64,000 nt of DNA from Candidatus Dormiibacterota bacterium (GTDB lineage: Bacteria > Chloroflexota > Dormibacteria > Aeolococcales > Aeolococcaceae): NCBI GenBank assembly GCA_963709585.1, contig CAVPXI010000015.1, positions 64,001 to 128,000 on the forward strand, in the 5' to 3' direction. Positions 20,441 through 30,080 of this stretch are shown here, piece after piece. Below the pieces are notes generated by a model that searched no databases, was not told where the DNA came from, and saw only the letters and a program-made list of their open reading frames with translations. Every line of letters begins with the position of its first letter. Within the stretch, counting starts at the first letter, position 1. The translations under genes and the position numbers were made by a program.

Positions 20441-21529
20441 TCAGCCCCGATGGGCGCGCTGCCAGTCGATGAAGTCGGCGGTGGTGGCCCGTTCCATCGT
20501 GCGCGACGCGACCTTGAGCCAGTCCGGTGATCGGCCGGCGAGGTCTCCGCTGACCGCGGCGATCCGCCGCGCACCGGATCCGGTATGGACGTTTGCGGTC
20601 TCGGCGCCCATCGCATGGAGCAGCTCGGTCTGTTCGGCGGCAAGGCGGGCCACCGTGAACTCGATCCGGCTGCAGTCGGGCGCGAGCCGGCGAAGCACCC
20701 AGCGCCCGCGAATCTCAAGGAAGGGATCGGCGCACCGCACCGCGCGCCGGACGATCGTCGGATAGTGAATCGGGACGGTCCCGGCAGCGCCCTCCGCCCA
20801 GGCGACGCCTGAGGCGACGAGCGCCTTGGCCTCTCGCGCGATCCAGCCGCCGGAATGCTCGGCGATCGCGACGAAGCGTGGATGTCCCAGGCTCCCGAGC
20901 CCCGCGCGCCGGGTGACGTAGCGCGGATCCTCCCGAGCACCGAACTGGCGGCGCAGGAGTGAGACCGCCGCGGCCAGCGGGCGGCGAGCCGGCGGGAGAT
21001 CCCCCATCGCGGTCCAGAACCTGACCGGGTCTCGCAGCTCCGACTGCGCGTCGCGGCGGAGCACCGGATGCTTCTCGGCAAGAACGAACGGCCTGCCTCC
21101 GCGTTCGATGGAGGTGCGATAGCCCTCGAGGATCGCATTGCAGGCAGCCCGGGGCGTCAGGACCAGGGTTCCGGCCGAGATCGAGAGGCGCGCAGAGGTC
21201 GCCAGCCGCACCAGGTCGTTCGTGTATGCCATCGGGAATGCTTCATCGAAGTCGTTGATGCCCCATATCAACCGACCCTCGGTGTCGCGCCACGTTCCGA
21301 AGTTCTCGGTGTGCAGGTCGCCCACGGCCAGGACCCTGGGTGCGCGCGCCAGCTCAGGGCACCTCGACGCCCAGACCTGGACCCAGCGATAGAAGGTCGA
21401 CCGCAGGAACGGGAACGGGGCGAGCGCCATCTGCTCGTGTTTGAACGCCAGGTCGGATCGAACCACAGTGACCTGGCTGCTGACCCACGATTCGTAGCTT
21501 CGAGTAGCTGCGACCACGGACTGGGGCAT
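20441..21529 (-). CDS. DUF2252 family protein (kinase-like fold)
   Basis: PFPFLRSTFYRW, GDLHTENFG, WGINDFDEA, RRAGLGSLG. Confidence 0.85.
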   Translation of the reverse strand: MPQSVVAATRSYESWVSSQVTVVRSDLAFKHEQMALAPFPFLRSTFYRWVQVWASRCPELARAPRVLAVGDLHTENFGTWRDTEGRLIWGINDFDEAFPMAYTNDLVRLATSARLSISAGTLVLTPRAACNAILEGYRTSIERGGRPFVLAEKHPVLRRDAQSELRDPVRFWTAMGDLPPARRPLAAAVSLLRRQFGAREDPRYVTRRAGLGSLGHPRFVAIAEHSGGWIAREAKALVASGVAWAEGAAGTVPIHYPTIVRRAVRCADPFLEIRGRWVLRRLAPDCSRIEFTVARLAAEQTELLHAMGAETANVHTGSGARRIAAVSGDLAGRSPDWLKVASRTMERATTADFIDWQRAHRG

Positions 21530-21538
21530 GATCGCGCG

Positions 21539-22723
21539 ATGTTCGCGCAGCTCACCATCCTCGTGCTTGCCGGACTTGCCGGCCCGCTGCTCGCGTTCGG
21601 GCGTCGCGGGCTGATTCCAGTCGTCATCGGTGAGCTTGTCGCCGGTTTCGTCCTCGGTCATACCGGGTTCGGCGTTGTCAACTCGGCGGCCCAGCCCCTC
21701 CCGGTGCTGAGCGCCATCGGCTTCGCAATGCTCATGTTCGGTGCCGGGACTCGCGTGGATATCGCCTCCCCCGCGATCCGCCAGGGGTTCGCGCGCGGGC
21801 TTCTCGCCCTCGCGGTCGTCGCGGTCACCGCGGTGCCGATCGGGCTGCTGCTCGATCACGCTCTGGGGGTTGGCCACCCGGCATTGCTCGCCGTCATCAT
21901 CACCGGGAGCTCGGCGGCGATCGCATTCCCGATCCTCCAGGAGCGCAACCTCTCGGGCCCGAATGTCGCGTTCCTGATCGCGTGGGTCGCGCTCGCCGAT
22001 TCGGTGACGGTGGTGATCATGCCGCTGACGATCGCCAAGTCGGCCAACCCACTCGAGGCGCTCGCCGGCGACGCGGCGATCATCGCCGCCGGGGTCATCA
22101 CCCTCCTGCTCGCGGCTCGAGCACGGCGCAGGGGCTTCGTGCGGCAGATGCGCGGCGAATCATTGCAGCGTGGGTGGGCATGGCAGGTGCGCATCTCTCT
22201 GGTGCTCTTGCTCGGGCTTTCGGCGATCGCCCAGGAGACCGGAGCGAGCACGCTGGTGGCGGGTTTCCTCGCGGGGATGGTGCTGGTCCGGTTGCACGAG
22301 TCGGATCACCTCGCGGTGCAGTTCACCGGAGTGGCCAACGGCTTCTTCGTCCCGCTGTTCTTCGTGCTGCTCGGTGCGGAGCTCAACCTCCGGGCCCTCC
22401 TCACCTCGCCCTCACGAATCCTTCTCGCGATCGGTCTCGCGCTCGCCGCGGTGATCACCCACGTCATCGCGGCACGTGCCGCCGGCCACGAGCGGTTCTT
22501 CGCCACGGGTCTGGCCGCGTCGGCGCAGCTGGGAATGCCCGCGGCGGCGGCCAGCCTCGGCCTGAGCACCGGTCTGTTGGGGCCGGCCGAGGCTGCGGCG
22601 CTGGTTGCGGGGGGCTGCTTGACGCTCATCCCCGCCACTGTCGGATCAGTCCTCCTCGCTCGCGGTGCGCCCGCCGCGCCGTCCGCGCCCAGCGCAGGAA
22701 GCGCCCCTGCGACGTCTACCTAA
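21539..22723 (+). CDS. Cation:proton antiporter (CPA family)
   Basis: About 12 TM segments; PVVIGELVAG, GFFVPLFFVLLGAELNL. Confidence 0.85.
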   Translation: MFAQLTILVLAGLAGPLLAFGRRGLIPVVIGELVAGFVLGHTGFGVVNSAAQPLPVLSAIGFAMLMFGAGTRVDIASPAIRQGFARGLLALAVVAVTAVPIGLLLDHALGVGHPALLAVIITGSSAAIAFPILQERNLSGPNVAFLIAWVALADSVTVVIMPLTIAKSANPLEALAGDAAIIAAGVITLLLAARARRRGFVRQMRGESLQRGWAWQVRISLVLLLGLSAIAQETGASTLVAGFLAGMVLVRLHESDHLAVQFTGVANGFFVPLFFVLLGAELNLRALLTSPSRILLAIGLALAAVITHVIAARAAGHERFFATGLAASAQLGMPAAAASLGLSTGLLGPAEAAALVAGGCLTLIPATVGSVLLARGAPAAPSAPSAGSAPATST

Positions 22724-22760
22724 AGGATCAAGCCGACGTGCTCAGCCTCATCAGCCCCGG

Positions 22761-22910
22761 TCAGGTGCCCTCGCGCGAACGCCGCCCCGCCTCGTCGGCG
22801 CGATCGCGTTCGAGCTTCTCGGTCTCGTCTTTACGGCGCCGGTCGTCCGCCTGACCCTGCTCCCTGCTCGGCTGTTCCTCGCGCTTGGGATCCTGCTGCT
22901 GATCACTCAT
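22761..22910 (-). CDS. Small highly charged hypothetical protein (49 aa)
   Basis: MSDQQQDPKREEQPSREQ...; hydrophilin-like composition. Confidence 0.5.
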   Translation of the reverse strand: MSDQQQDPKREEQPSREQGQADDRRRKDETEKLERDRADEAGRRSREGT

Positions 22911-22973
22911 CGTCCAATCAGCATAAGCCGGTGCTCGAGCGTCGTGCCGAAAGTCACGCCCTGCACGCATCCG

Positions 22974-25040
22974 CTACGACCACAGCCCTTCGAGTGCCAC
23001 CCCGACCCGCTCGCTTGCATCGACATGCGGCATGGTGGGCAATGAGTCCGAGCGGTGGCTCTGCTCCGTGAGCTCGTCGCAGCGCGAGCGCACGCGCTCA
23101 GAGAGAAAGCGCGAAGGCTGTGCCCAACTGTGACGATCGTCTCGCCCGTTCGGGTGGTGGTGATAACGCTCGGGCACATACAGGTGCAACGCGTTCCGGG
23201 CGCGGGTCAAGGCGACATAGAACACGCGTCGCTCCTCCTCGAGGCCGGCAGGCGAGCTCAGCGCCATGTCCGAAGGAATGTTGCCGTCGGTGACGTGCAG
23301 GAGATGGACGACGTCCCACTCGAGTCCCTTGGCGGAATGGATCGTCGAGATGACCAGCCAGTCCTCATCGATCAAAGGCGGCCCGGCGAGGTTCGCCGTC
23401 GACCGCGGCGGCTCGAGGACGTGATCGACTGCCACGTCCGAGAGGCGCGCGACCTTCGCGCTGGCGGCGACCAGGGTGTCCAGGTCGGCGAGCCGCGCAG
23501 GCGCCGCGGGATACGCCGCCTCGACCAGTGGCGCGACGGCTACCCGGAGCCGCTCGGCGTGCGTGGCAACCGACTCCTTCGGCCGCGTCATGAGCGCCGA
23601 AACAAGATCTCCGGCCACCGGCCGCGCCACCTCGGGCAGGTGGGATGAGGCGTGTGGCCACGATGCGAGGACGTCACGGTCTGTCGGGGTGTCAGCGGAG
23701 TTCAACAACCCGAGTGCGGCCACGACGCGATGGGCGGTCGCCGGACCTACACCGACCAGCAGCTGCAGGAGCCGGAACCACGCGACAACGTCATTCGGGT
23801 TGTCCGCGAGGCGAAAAGCCGCGAGCATGTCCTTGACGTGCGCCGCCTCGACAAAGCGCAACCCTCCGTACTTGACATACGGAATGCGCCGCGCTCCCAG
23901 CTCGAGCTCCAGCAGCGCCGAATGGTGTGCAGCTCGTACCAGCACCGCCTGGTCGTGGAGCGCGACGCCTGCTTCGCGATGCGCCAGGATGCGGTCGCAG
24001 ACCGCGTCCGTCTGAGTGTCCTCATCGGCGCAGCGCACCAGTTGAGGACCCACACCGGGAGCCGTCCTGGCCGCGCGAAGCACCGCCGAGAAGCCGGCGG
24101 TGGCGTCGGCGCCGACCGCGTTGGCGACGTCGAGGATCTGCTGGCTCGAGCGGTAGTTGGTCTCCAGAATAACCGTCGTCGATCCGGGAAAGACCCGATC
24201 GAACTCGAGGATGTGCCGCGGCTCCGCCGCGCGGAACGAGTAGAGCGCCTGTGCGTCGTCGCCGACCACCGTGATGCGCGGATCCGCCCGGCGCAGCCCG
24301 GTCAGGATGTCGACCTGGAGTTCGTTGACGTCCTGGTACTCGTCGACCAGCACATGGTCGAGGGCACCCGCAAGACGCGGACCGAGACGATCGTCCTGTA
24401 CGGCTGCGCGCCAGAACAGGAGGAGGTCGTCGAGGTCGACCAGGCCGGCCGATCGCTTGCGCCGCACATAGCCCCGGCAGATCTCCGCGATCGCCTCGAC
24501 GCAGTCCTCCGCCCACGGCGCCATCTCCGCGACGACGGAGGACAGCGGCCGCCCGGTGTTGACCGCGGCCGAGTACAGGTCGACGAGCAACGCCTTGCGG
24601 GGGAAGCGCCGCCGTGTCGATGCGGCGTGACCCTCCTCGTCGCGAACCATGTCGATGACGTCGGCAGCATCGGCCGCGTCGAGGACCGAGAACCCCTCCG
24701 GAATCCCGAGTGTGGCCGCGTAGCGGCGGAGGGTGCGATGCGCGATCGCATGAAAGGTGCCCCCGGTCACCCGGCCTGCCGGTGAACCGGATGCCCGGTC
24801 GAAACCGGCAGCCGTCATGCGCGACGACGTGCGCGCGAGCATCTGGCGCGCAGCCCGCCGGGTGAAGGTGAGCAGAAGAAGCCGTTCCGGCGGTGCCCCG
24901 GTCGCGAGGAGCCAGGCGACCCGGGCGGACAGCGTCGTGGTCTTGCCGGTGCCGGCGCCCGCCAGGATCCGCAGGGGACCGCCGTCGTGGGTCACGGCAT
25001 TCCGCTGCGCATCGGTCAGATCGCCCAGCCACTCGAACAT
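22974..25040 (-). CDS. UvrD/Rep/PcrA superfamily 1 ATP-dependent DNA helicase
   Basis: AGAGTGKTT, LLTFTRRAA, TFHA, VDEYQD, VGDDAQALYSFR, NYRS, TIHSAKGLEW, EERRVFYVALTRA. Confidence 0.95.
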   Translation of the reverse strand: MFEWLGDLTDAQRNAVTHDGGPLRILAGAGTGKTTTLSARVAWLLATGAPPERLLLLTFTRRAARQMLARTSSRMTAAGFDRASGSPAGRVTGGTFHAIAHRTLRRYAATLGIPEGFSVLDAADAADVIDMVRDEEGHAASTRRRFPRKALLVDLYSAAVNTGRPLSSVVAEMAPWAEDCVEAIAEICRGYVRRKRSAGLVDLDDLLLFWRAAVQDDRLGPRLAGALDHVLVDEYQDVNELQVDILTGLRRADPRITVVGDDAQALYSFRAAEPRHILEFDRVFPGSTTVILETNYRSSQQILDVANAVGADATAGFSAVLRAARTAPGVGPQLVRCADEDTQTDAVCDRILAHREAGVALHDQAVLVRAAHHSALLELELGARRIPYVKYGGLRFVEAAHVKDMLAAFRLADNPNDVVAWFRLLQLLVGVGPATAHRVVAALGLLNSADTPTDRDVLASWPHASSHLPEVARPVAGDLVSALMTRPKESVATHAERLRVAVAPLVEAAYPAAPARLADLDTLVAASAKVARLSDVAVDHVLEPPRSTANLAGPPLIDEDWLVISTIHSAKGLEWDVVHLLHVTDGNIPSDMALSSPAGLEEERRVFYVALTRARNALHLYVPERYHHHPNGRDDRHSWAQPSRFLSERVRSRCDELTEQSHRSDSLPTMPHVDASERVGVALEGLWS

Positions 25041-25048
25041 TCGTTCGA
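25033..25048. promoter_or_regulatory. LexA (SOS) box overlapping the helicase start codon
   Basis: TCGAAC-ATTC-GTTCGA matches the Gram-positive GAAC-N4-GTTC consensus; -10 TACCAT (minus strand, 25049-25054) is directly upstream. Confidence 0.85.
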
Positions 25049-25290
25049 TGGTAGCGCCGGAAGGCGGGCCGTGCTTGCGACTGGAGCATGCTGGCGTCAG
25101 CCGATCTCACCTACGCGAGGAGCGAGCGAACACGCGGTACCGCATCCTCCTGTCGACGGCCGCGGCTCGCGCGATACGTCGCGCGTGGATAGGTCCTTCG
25201 CCGCATCGGCCGACTGAGCGGCGTCGCTCGGCGACCTCCGAGACGGACGGGCTTCGGGCGCTGCCCGCCGCAGAGCCGATCCAGCCGCGC

Positions 25291-25914
25291 CTACTTGGTC
25301 AGGAGGGTGGCGATGACGTTGATCGTGGTCGAAACGACCACGACTCCGAACAGATAGGACAGCAGCGCGTGGCGGAGCGCCGCCATCCGAATCACCTTGG
25401 CGTTGAGGTCAGTATCGGAGACCTGGAACGTCATCCCAATGGTCAGCGCAACGTATAGGAAATCCTTGAAATCAGGCGCGACGCCGGAATGGAAATCGAT
25501 GCCACCATCCTGTGCGTAGTACAGGCGCGCATACCGCAATGTGAACACGACGTGGACGGCAGCCCAGGAAAGGACGACGCTGAGCACCACGAGTGCGGTG
25601 ATCCCCGATTTGACGATGCCGTGCGTCGAGCTCGCGGCGATCAGCGCAAAGGCAACGCTCACAAGGCTCGCAATGTTCGCGCCGACGAGAATTGCATCGG
25701 ACGCCGCGCGTGAATCGTCTTCGATCAGGGCCGCCCGCTTTGTGGCGCTGCCGTCCTTTCCCCGGATACCGAGACCCACGAGCCCTATGAATGCTGCCGA
25801 CGTCACGTCCCAACCAGCCAGGAGCGCCACCTGCCATTCGCTGAGCGGCAACGCGACCGCAAAGCCGACCGCTCCGAGGGCCACGCAGAGCGCCAGCCGG
25901 CTTCGCGCGTCCAT
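25291..25914 (-). CDS. DUF1345 membrane protein
   Basis: FTLRYARLYY, DFLYVALTIGMTFQVSDT, HALLSYLFG. Confidence 0.9.
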   Translation of the reverse strand: MDARSRLALCVALGAVGFAVALPLSEWQVALLAGWDVTSAAFIGLVGLGIRGKDGSATKRAALIEDDSRAASDAILVGANIASLVSVAFALIAASSTHGIVKSGITALVVLSVVLSWAAVHVVFTLRYARLYYAQDGGIDFHSGVAPDFKDFLYVALTIGMTFQVSDTDLNAKVIRMAALRHALLSYLFGVVVVSTTINVIATLLTK

Positions 25915-25950
25915 GCGACCGAGTGTCGCATGCCGCACGGCGGCGTGAGG

Positions 25951-26277
25951 TCAGCGCCCCAGAGCACGCTCCAACTGCGCCTTGCTCATCTTCGATCGAC
26001 CTTTGATGTTGCGCTCCCCCGCCTCGTTGCGAAGCTGCGCGTATGTGCGGCCGCGAGAACCACAGTGGGACCGCAGCCCGCCGCGCCGGCCGGACGACAT
26101 GTCCTGAAGCGACGTCTGGCTCGCCTCTCTGGACTCGCCGGCCCGCGCACGTTCCTTGTTGACGGTGCTGGCGGCGATCTCCTGAGTGGTGTCCTCGTCG
26201 GTGCCGCGATCTTCGAGGCCTTCCTTGATGTGTTCGTACTGACGCTCGCGTTTCGGCGACCACGCTTTCACTGGCAT
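25951..26277 (-). CDS. Small basic protein with ChaB-like N-terminus and Rho-N-like C-terminus
   Basis: WSPKRERQYEHIK..IAASTVNKERAR; QLRNEA..NIKGRSKMSKAQLERAL. Confidence 0.8.
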   Translation of the reverse strand: MPVKAWSPKRERQYEHIKEGLEDRGTDEDTTQEIAASTVNKERARAGESREASQTSLQDMSSGRRGGLRSHCGSRGRTYAQLRNEAGERNIKGRSKMSKAQLERALGR

Positions 26278-26351
26278 TGCTGGCCCTCCTGGGAGGCGAT
26301 GATCAGCTCGCCCTTCGGTGCTTCCTGAACCATTCAGGATCCGGTCACTTC

Positions 26352-26370
26352 GTGATAGTCAGACTATCAC
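26352..26370. promoter_or_regulatory. Perfect 19-bp palindrome, candidate operator
   Basis: GTGATAGTC-A-GACTATCAC in a divergent intergenic region. Confidence 0.6.
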
Positions 26371-26473
26371 TACGGTCCGGGTTGGCACGGGCCCCCGCGG
26401 CGGCCGGCGCGCCCCTGGTACGCGGAATGTAGGCTTGTCCGGCAGTGACGTTGGATCAGCGACTGTCATCAAC

Positions 26474-27343
26474 GTGATCAAGAAGCCGGAACGGACCCAG
26501 CCGCCATACACCCAGATCATCGCGGCGATCGAGGAGATACCCGGTCTGGAGAGCCTCAGCGAGTGGCTGGTCAAGGTGCTCGCGCCGGTCACGCGGCGGC
26601 GGACCCTCATGGACCTGCTCCATGGTCGCTGGCTCGGGCACGCGCTGCATCCAGCTCTGAGCGACGTGCCGCTCGGCATGTGGACGAGCGTGCCCGTTCT
26701 CGATTTGATCGGCGACGGCACCGGGGCAACGATGCTGACCGCTGTCGGTTGCATCGCGGCCGGCGCAACCGCCGCGACCGGAACCGCAGACTGGTCGGTC
26801 ACCGTCGGCCGCGATCGTCGCCTCGCGCTCGTGCACGGTCTCGCCAACACCGCGGTGCTCGGCCTGCAACTCGGCTCCCTCAGCGCCCGCCTGCGCGGGC
26901 GGACCGTCCGCGGGCGGTGGCTCTCACTCGCTGGGCTCGCCGCCGGCGCGGGCGCCGCCTACCTCGGTGGCGAGCTCGTGCTCGGCCGGGCGCTCATGGT
27001 GGATCACGACGCGTGGATATCGGGCCCATCGGAATGGACGGACGCGGCAGCAGACGCAGATGTGTCGGAGGGAGCGCTGACCGTTGTCGACGTCGAGAAT
27101 CGCAAGGTCCTGCTGACCCGCGTGGCCGGCAGGGTCTGCGCACTCGAGAACACCTGCACTCACGCTGGTGGGCCACTCAACGAAGGCACCGTCGAAGACG
27201 GCGGTGTCGTCTGTCCCTGGCACGGCTCGCGATTCCGGCTCAGTGACGGCGCGGTTCTGGGTGGTCCGGCGACGTTCCCCGTGCCGCAGCTGGAAACGCG
27301 CAAGAACGGCGGCCGCGTACAGATACGAGGTCGCGAGGGCTAG
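26474..27343 (+). CDS. DUF2231-like membrane domain fused to Rieske [2Fe-2S] ferredoxin (start approximate)
   Basis: LHGRWLGHALHPALSDVPLG, HGLAN, YLGGELV; CTHAGG..CPWHGS. Confidence 0.88.
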   Translation: MIKKPERTQPPYTQIIAAIEEIPGLESLSEWLVKVLAPVTRRRTLMDLLHGRWLGHALHPALSDVPLGMWTSVPVLDLIGDGTGATMLTAVGCIAAGATAATGTADWSVTVGRDRRLALVHGLANTAVLGLQLGSLSARLRGRTVRGRWLSLAGLAAGAGAAYLGGELVLGRALMVDHDAWISGPSEWTDAAADADVSEGALTVVDVENRKVLLTRVAGRVCALENTCTHAGGPLNEGTVEDGGVVCPWHGSRFRLSDGAVLGGPATFPVPQLETRKNGGRVQIRGREG

Positions 27344-27360
27344 GTCGAGGAGATGCAGTC

Positions 27361-28329
27361 TTGACCCCGTCCATTGGGTCCGCCCCGGGTCCCATCGCGC
27401 AACCGGTACTCACCCCGCTCACCGGGGCAGCGATCTTCCTCGTCGTCACCATCGATCCAGGTGGCGAAGCCGCGGCTCGATCACTGCTCACCGACTGCGC
27501 GGGACTGCAGCGATCGGTCGGCTTCCGGATCCCGGACGGCGGCCTGAGCTGCGTCGCCGGCGTGGGATCCGTCGCATGGGATCGGTTGTTCAGCGGACCC
27601 CGGCCGGCTGAGTTGCATCCCTTCCCTGAGATCGTCGGAGCCAGGCACCGCGCGGCTTCCACGCCGGGCGACCTGCTGTTTCACATCCGTGCTGTGCAGA
27701 TGGATCTCTGCTTCGAGCTCGCCGGTCAGATCGTGAACCGGCTGAGTGGCAACGCCAGCGTCGTTGACGAGGTCCACGGCTTCAAGTACTTCGACGAACG
27801 CGACCTGCTCGGCTTCGTAGACGGGACCGAGAATCCCACCGGCCAGGCCGCGTTCGACGCCGTGACCGTCGGCAGCGCTGACACGGCTTTCGCCGGGGGG
27901 AGCTATGTGGTCGTGCAGAAGTACCTGCACGACCTCGACGCATGGAATGCCCTGCCGGTCGAAGCGCAGGAAAAGGTTGTGGGGCGCACCAAGCTGGCGG
28001 ACATCGAGCTCCCCGACGACCTCAAACCGAGCAACTCCCACGTCGCGCTCAATGTGATCACCGACCCCGACGGCATCGAGCTCAAGATACTGCGCGACAA
28101 CATGCCGTTCGGCCGCGTCGGTCTCGGCGAGTTCGGCACCTATTACATCGCCTACGCGAGCACACCGCAGATCACCGAGCGGATGCTCACCAACATGTTC
28201 ATCGGCGACCCGCCGGGCAACTACGATCGAATTCTCGACTTCTCCACCGCAGTCACCGGCACGCTGTTCTTCGTGCCGTCGCAGGATCTCCTCGACAGCC
28301 TGCCGGCCCCTCCCGTGGGGATGCGATAG
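27361..28329 (+). CDS. Dye-decolorizing (DyP) peroxidase
   Basis: RDLLGFVDGTENP, VVQKYLHD, SHVALN, ILRDNMPFG, DFSTAVTG. Confidence 0.95.
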   Translation: MTPSIGSAPGPIAQPVLTPLTGAAIFLVVTIDPGGEAAARSLLTDCAGLQRSVGFRIPDGGLSCVAGVGSVAWDRLFSGPRPAELHPFPEIVGARHRAASTPGDLLFHIRAVQMDLCFELAGQIVNRLSGNASVVDEVHGFKYFDERDLLGFVDGTENPTGQAAFDAVTVGSADTAFAGGSYVVVQKYLHDLDAWNALPVEAQEKVVGRTKLADIELPDDLKPSNSHVALNVITDPDGIELKILRDNMPFGRVGLGEFGTYYIAYASTPQITERMLTNMFIGDPPGNYDRILDFSTAVTGTLFFVPSQDLLDSLPAPPVGMR

Positions 28330-28406
28330 CACCGCACGCTCGATTCTGGTTCACGCGCAGCTCGCGTCCGACCTGACCCGCCACGACAGTCTCGCGCTGT
28401 GGCCGC

Positions 28407-29618
28407 CTACCGAATCCGCACGTGATGGCGACCGAGTTCCGACACAGTGCGCACCCCCAGGAGCTGCATGGTTCGGCGCATCTCGCGAGAGAGGATGGTG
28501 GTGGCCCGTTCGACGCCGCGTTCGCCGCCGGCCATGAGCCCATACAGGTAGGCGCGCCCGACAAGCACGGTCCGCGCACCGAGCGCCACCGCCGCCACGA
28601 TGTCGGCGCCGCTCATCACGCCGGTATCCACCCAGACCTCAGTTCGATCGGCGACCGCATCGACGACGTCGGCGACGAGCCCCAGGGGAACCGGCGCGCG
28701 GTCCAGCTGCCGGCCGCCGTGGTTGGAGAGCACGATCGCCTCGACGCCTGCGTCCGCCATGCGCCGTGCGTCGTCCAGCGACTGGATGCCCTTGACGATG
28801 AGCGGCCCCCGCCAGCAGGACCGGACCCACTCGAGGTCTTGCATGGTCATGGTGGGGTCGAACAGCTCATCGATGAGCTCGGCGATGGTGCGATGCCATC
28901 CGCTCAGCGACGCGAACGCCAGCGGCGCCGTGGTGAGCAGGTTCGCCCACCACGCCGGGTGCGTGGCAATGTCGGCCACGGTCTTGACCGTGAGCGTCGG
29001 TGGTATCGAGAAGCCGTTGCGGGCGTCGCGGAGGCGGCTCCCTGCGACGGGGACATCGACCGTCAATATCAGCGCTTCGAAGCCGGCTTCACTGGCACGC
29101 ATCATCAACGCCTCTCCGGCGCCGCGGTCCTTCCACACGTACAGTTGAAACCACTTGCGCGCCTGGGGCGCCGCGGCCGCCACATCTTCAATCGACGTCG
29201 TCCCCATCGTGGAAAGCGCATAGGGGACGCCGTGCCGCTCGGCGACGCGAGCGACTGCACACTCGCCCTCGTGGTGCATCAGTCGCGTAAATCCGGTGGG
29301 GGCGAACGCGAATGGAAAGGCTGATGTGCGACCGAGCACGGTGGTGCTGGTGTCAACGGCGGACACGTCGTGGAGCACTGATGGCGAAAACTCCAGTGTC
29401 TGGAACATCCGCCGAGCACGCAGAAGACTGAGCTCCCCTTCCGCCGCACCATCCGTGTAATCGAACACTGCGCGCGGAACGCGACCCCGCGCCACGGTGC
29501 GCAGGTCGGCAATCGTCATGGCCTTCGCGAGGCGACGGCTCGTCGCATTGAGCTCGACGGGTCGCGCCCGCAACAGCGGCTTGATCTCGGACCATTTCGG
29601 AAGCTGGCGCTTGGACAT
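28407..29618 (-). CDS. lldD: FMN-dependent alpha-hydroxy acid oxidase / L-lactate dehydrogenase
   Basis: FDYTDGAA, APTG, WFQLY, LTVDVP, SNHGGRQLD, DTGVMSGAD. Confidence 0.9.
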   Translation of the reverse strand: MSKRQLPKWSEIKPLLRARPVELNATSRRLAKAMTIADLRTVARGRVPRAVFDYTDGAAEGELSLLRARRMFQTLEFSPSVLHDVSAVDTSTTVLGRTSAFPFAFAPTGFTRLMHHEGECAVARVAERHGVPYALSTMGTTSIEDVAAAAPQARKWFQLYVWKDRGAGEALMMRASEAGFEALILTVDVPVAGSRLRDARNGFSIPPTLTVKTVADIATHPAWWANLLTTAPLAFASLSGWHRTIAELIDELFDPTMTMQDLEWVRSCWRGPLIVKGIQSLDDARRMADAGVEAIVLSNHGGRQLDRAPVPLGLVADVVDAVADRTEVWVDTGVMSGADIVAAVALGARTVLVGRAYLYGLMAGGERGVERATTILSREMRRTMQLLGVRTVSELGRHHVRIR

Positions 29619-29711
29619 GTGCTGGTGTCGGTATTCTGATGTATGGCCAATCGGACGTTCCTGGCGATCGTCACCTACCGTCCGATACGGTGAGCCCGCA
29701 GCTTCTGGACT

Positions 29712-30080
29712 TATTGGGGCGAAGTATTCGGGGGACCCCCGCGATACTCATCGGCGTATGGCGGACATGCAGGGATGCTCGTCGTCCACGCCGGCCAGGG
29801 CGCGGATGATGACCTCGGAGACCGCTTCCTCAGCTGCTTCGTTCAGGCTGCGGATGATGCCGCCCTTCCTCGGGATCCAGCTTTCCGGGCCAGCCTGCGC
29901 GCGTACATGGAGTGGGCCGTTCACGGGGTGCTCAGCTACTCGCCGCGCGGCTCCGAGGTTCCGCCGAGCATGCCGCTTCCGCACTGGTCGTGGAGCGGCT
30001 TGGAGGGGAACCATCCCCAGCCAAAAGTAGCCGGTGGTTCAGTGCTACGATTGACGCGAAGGGAGCAGACATTGCAATGA
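29712..30080 (+). pseudogene. 5'-truncated group II truncated haemoglobin remnant
   Basis: YWGEVFGGPPRYS..GHAGMLVVHAG..RFLSCFVQAADDAALP.DPAFRASLRAYMEWA..PLPHWSW; in-frame stop just upstream and no N-terminal helices. Confidence 0.7.

Noticed and set aside
25951-26277. Plasmid stabilisation or toxin-antitoxin gene
   Set aside because: No ParE/RelE features or antitoxin partner; it looks like a chromosomal ChaB/Rho-N-like small protein.
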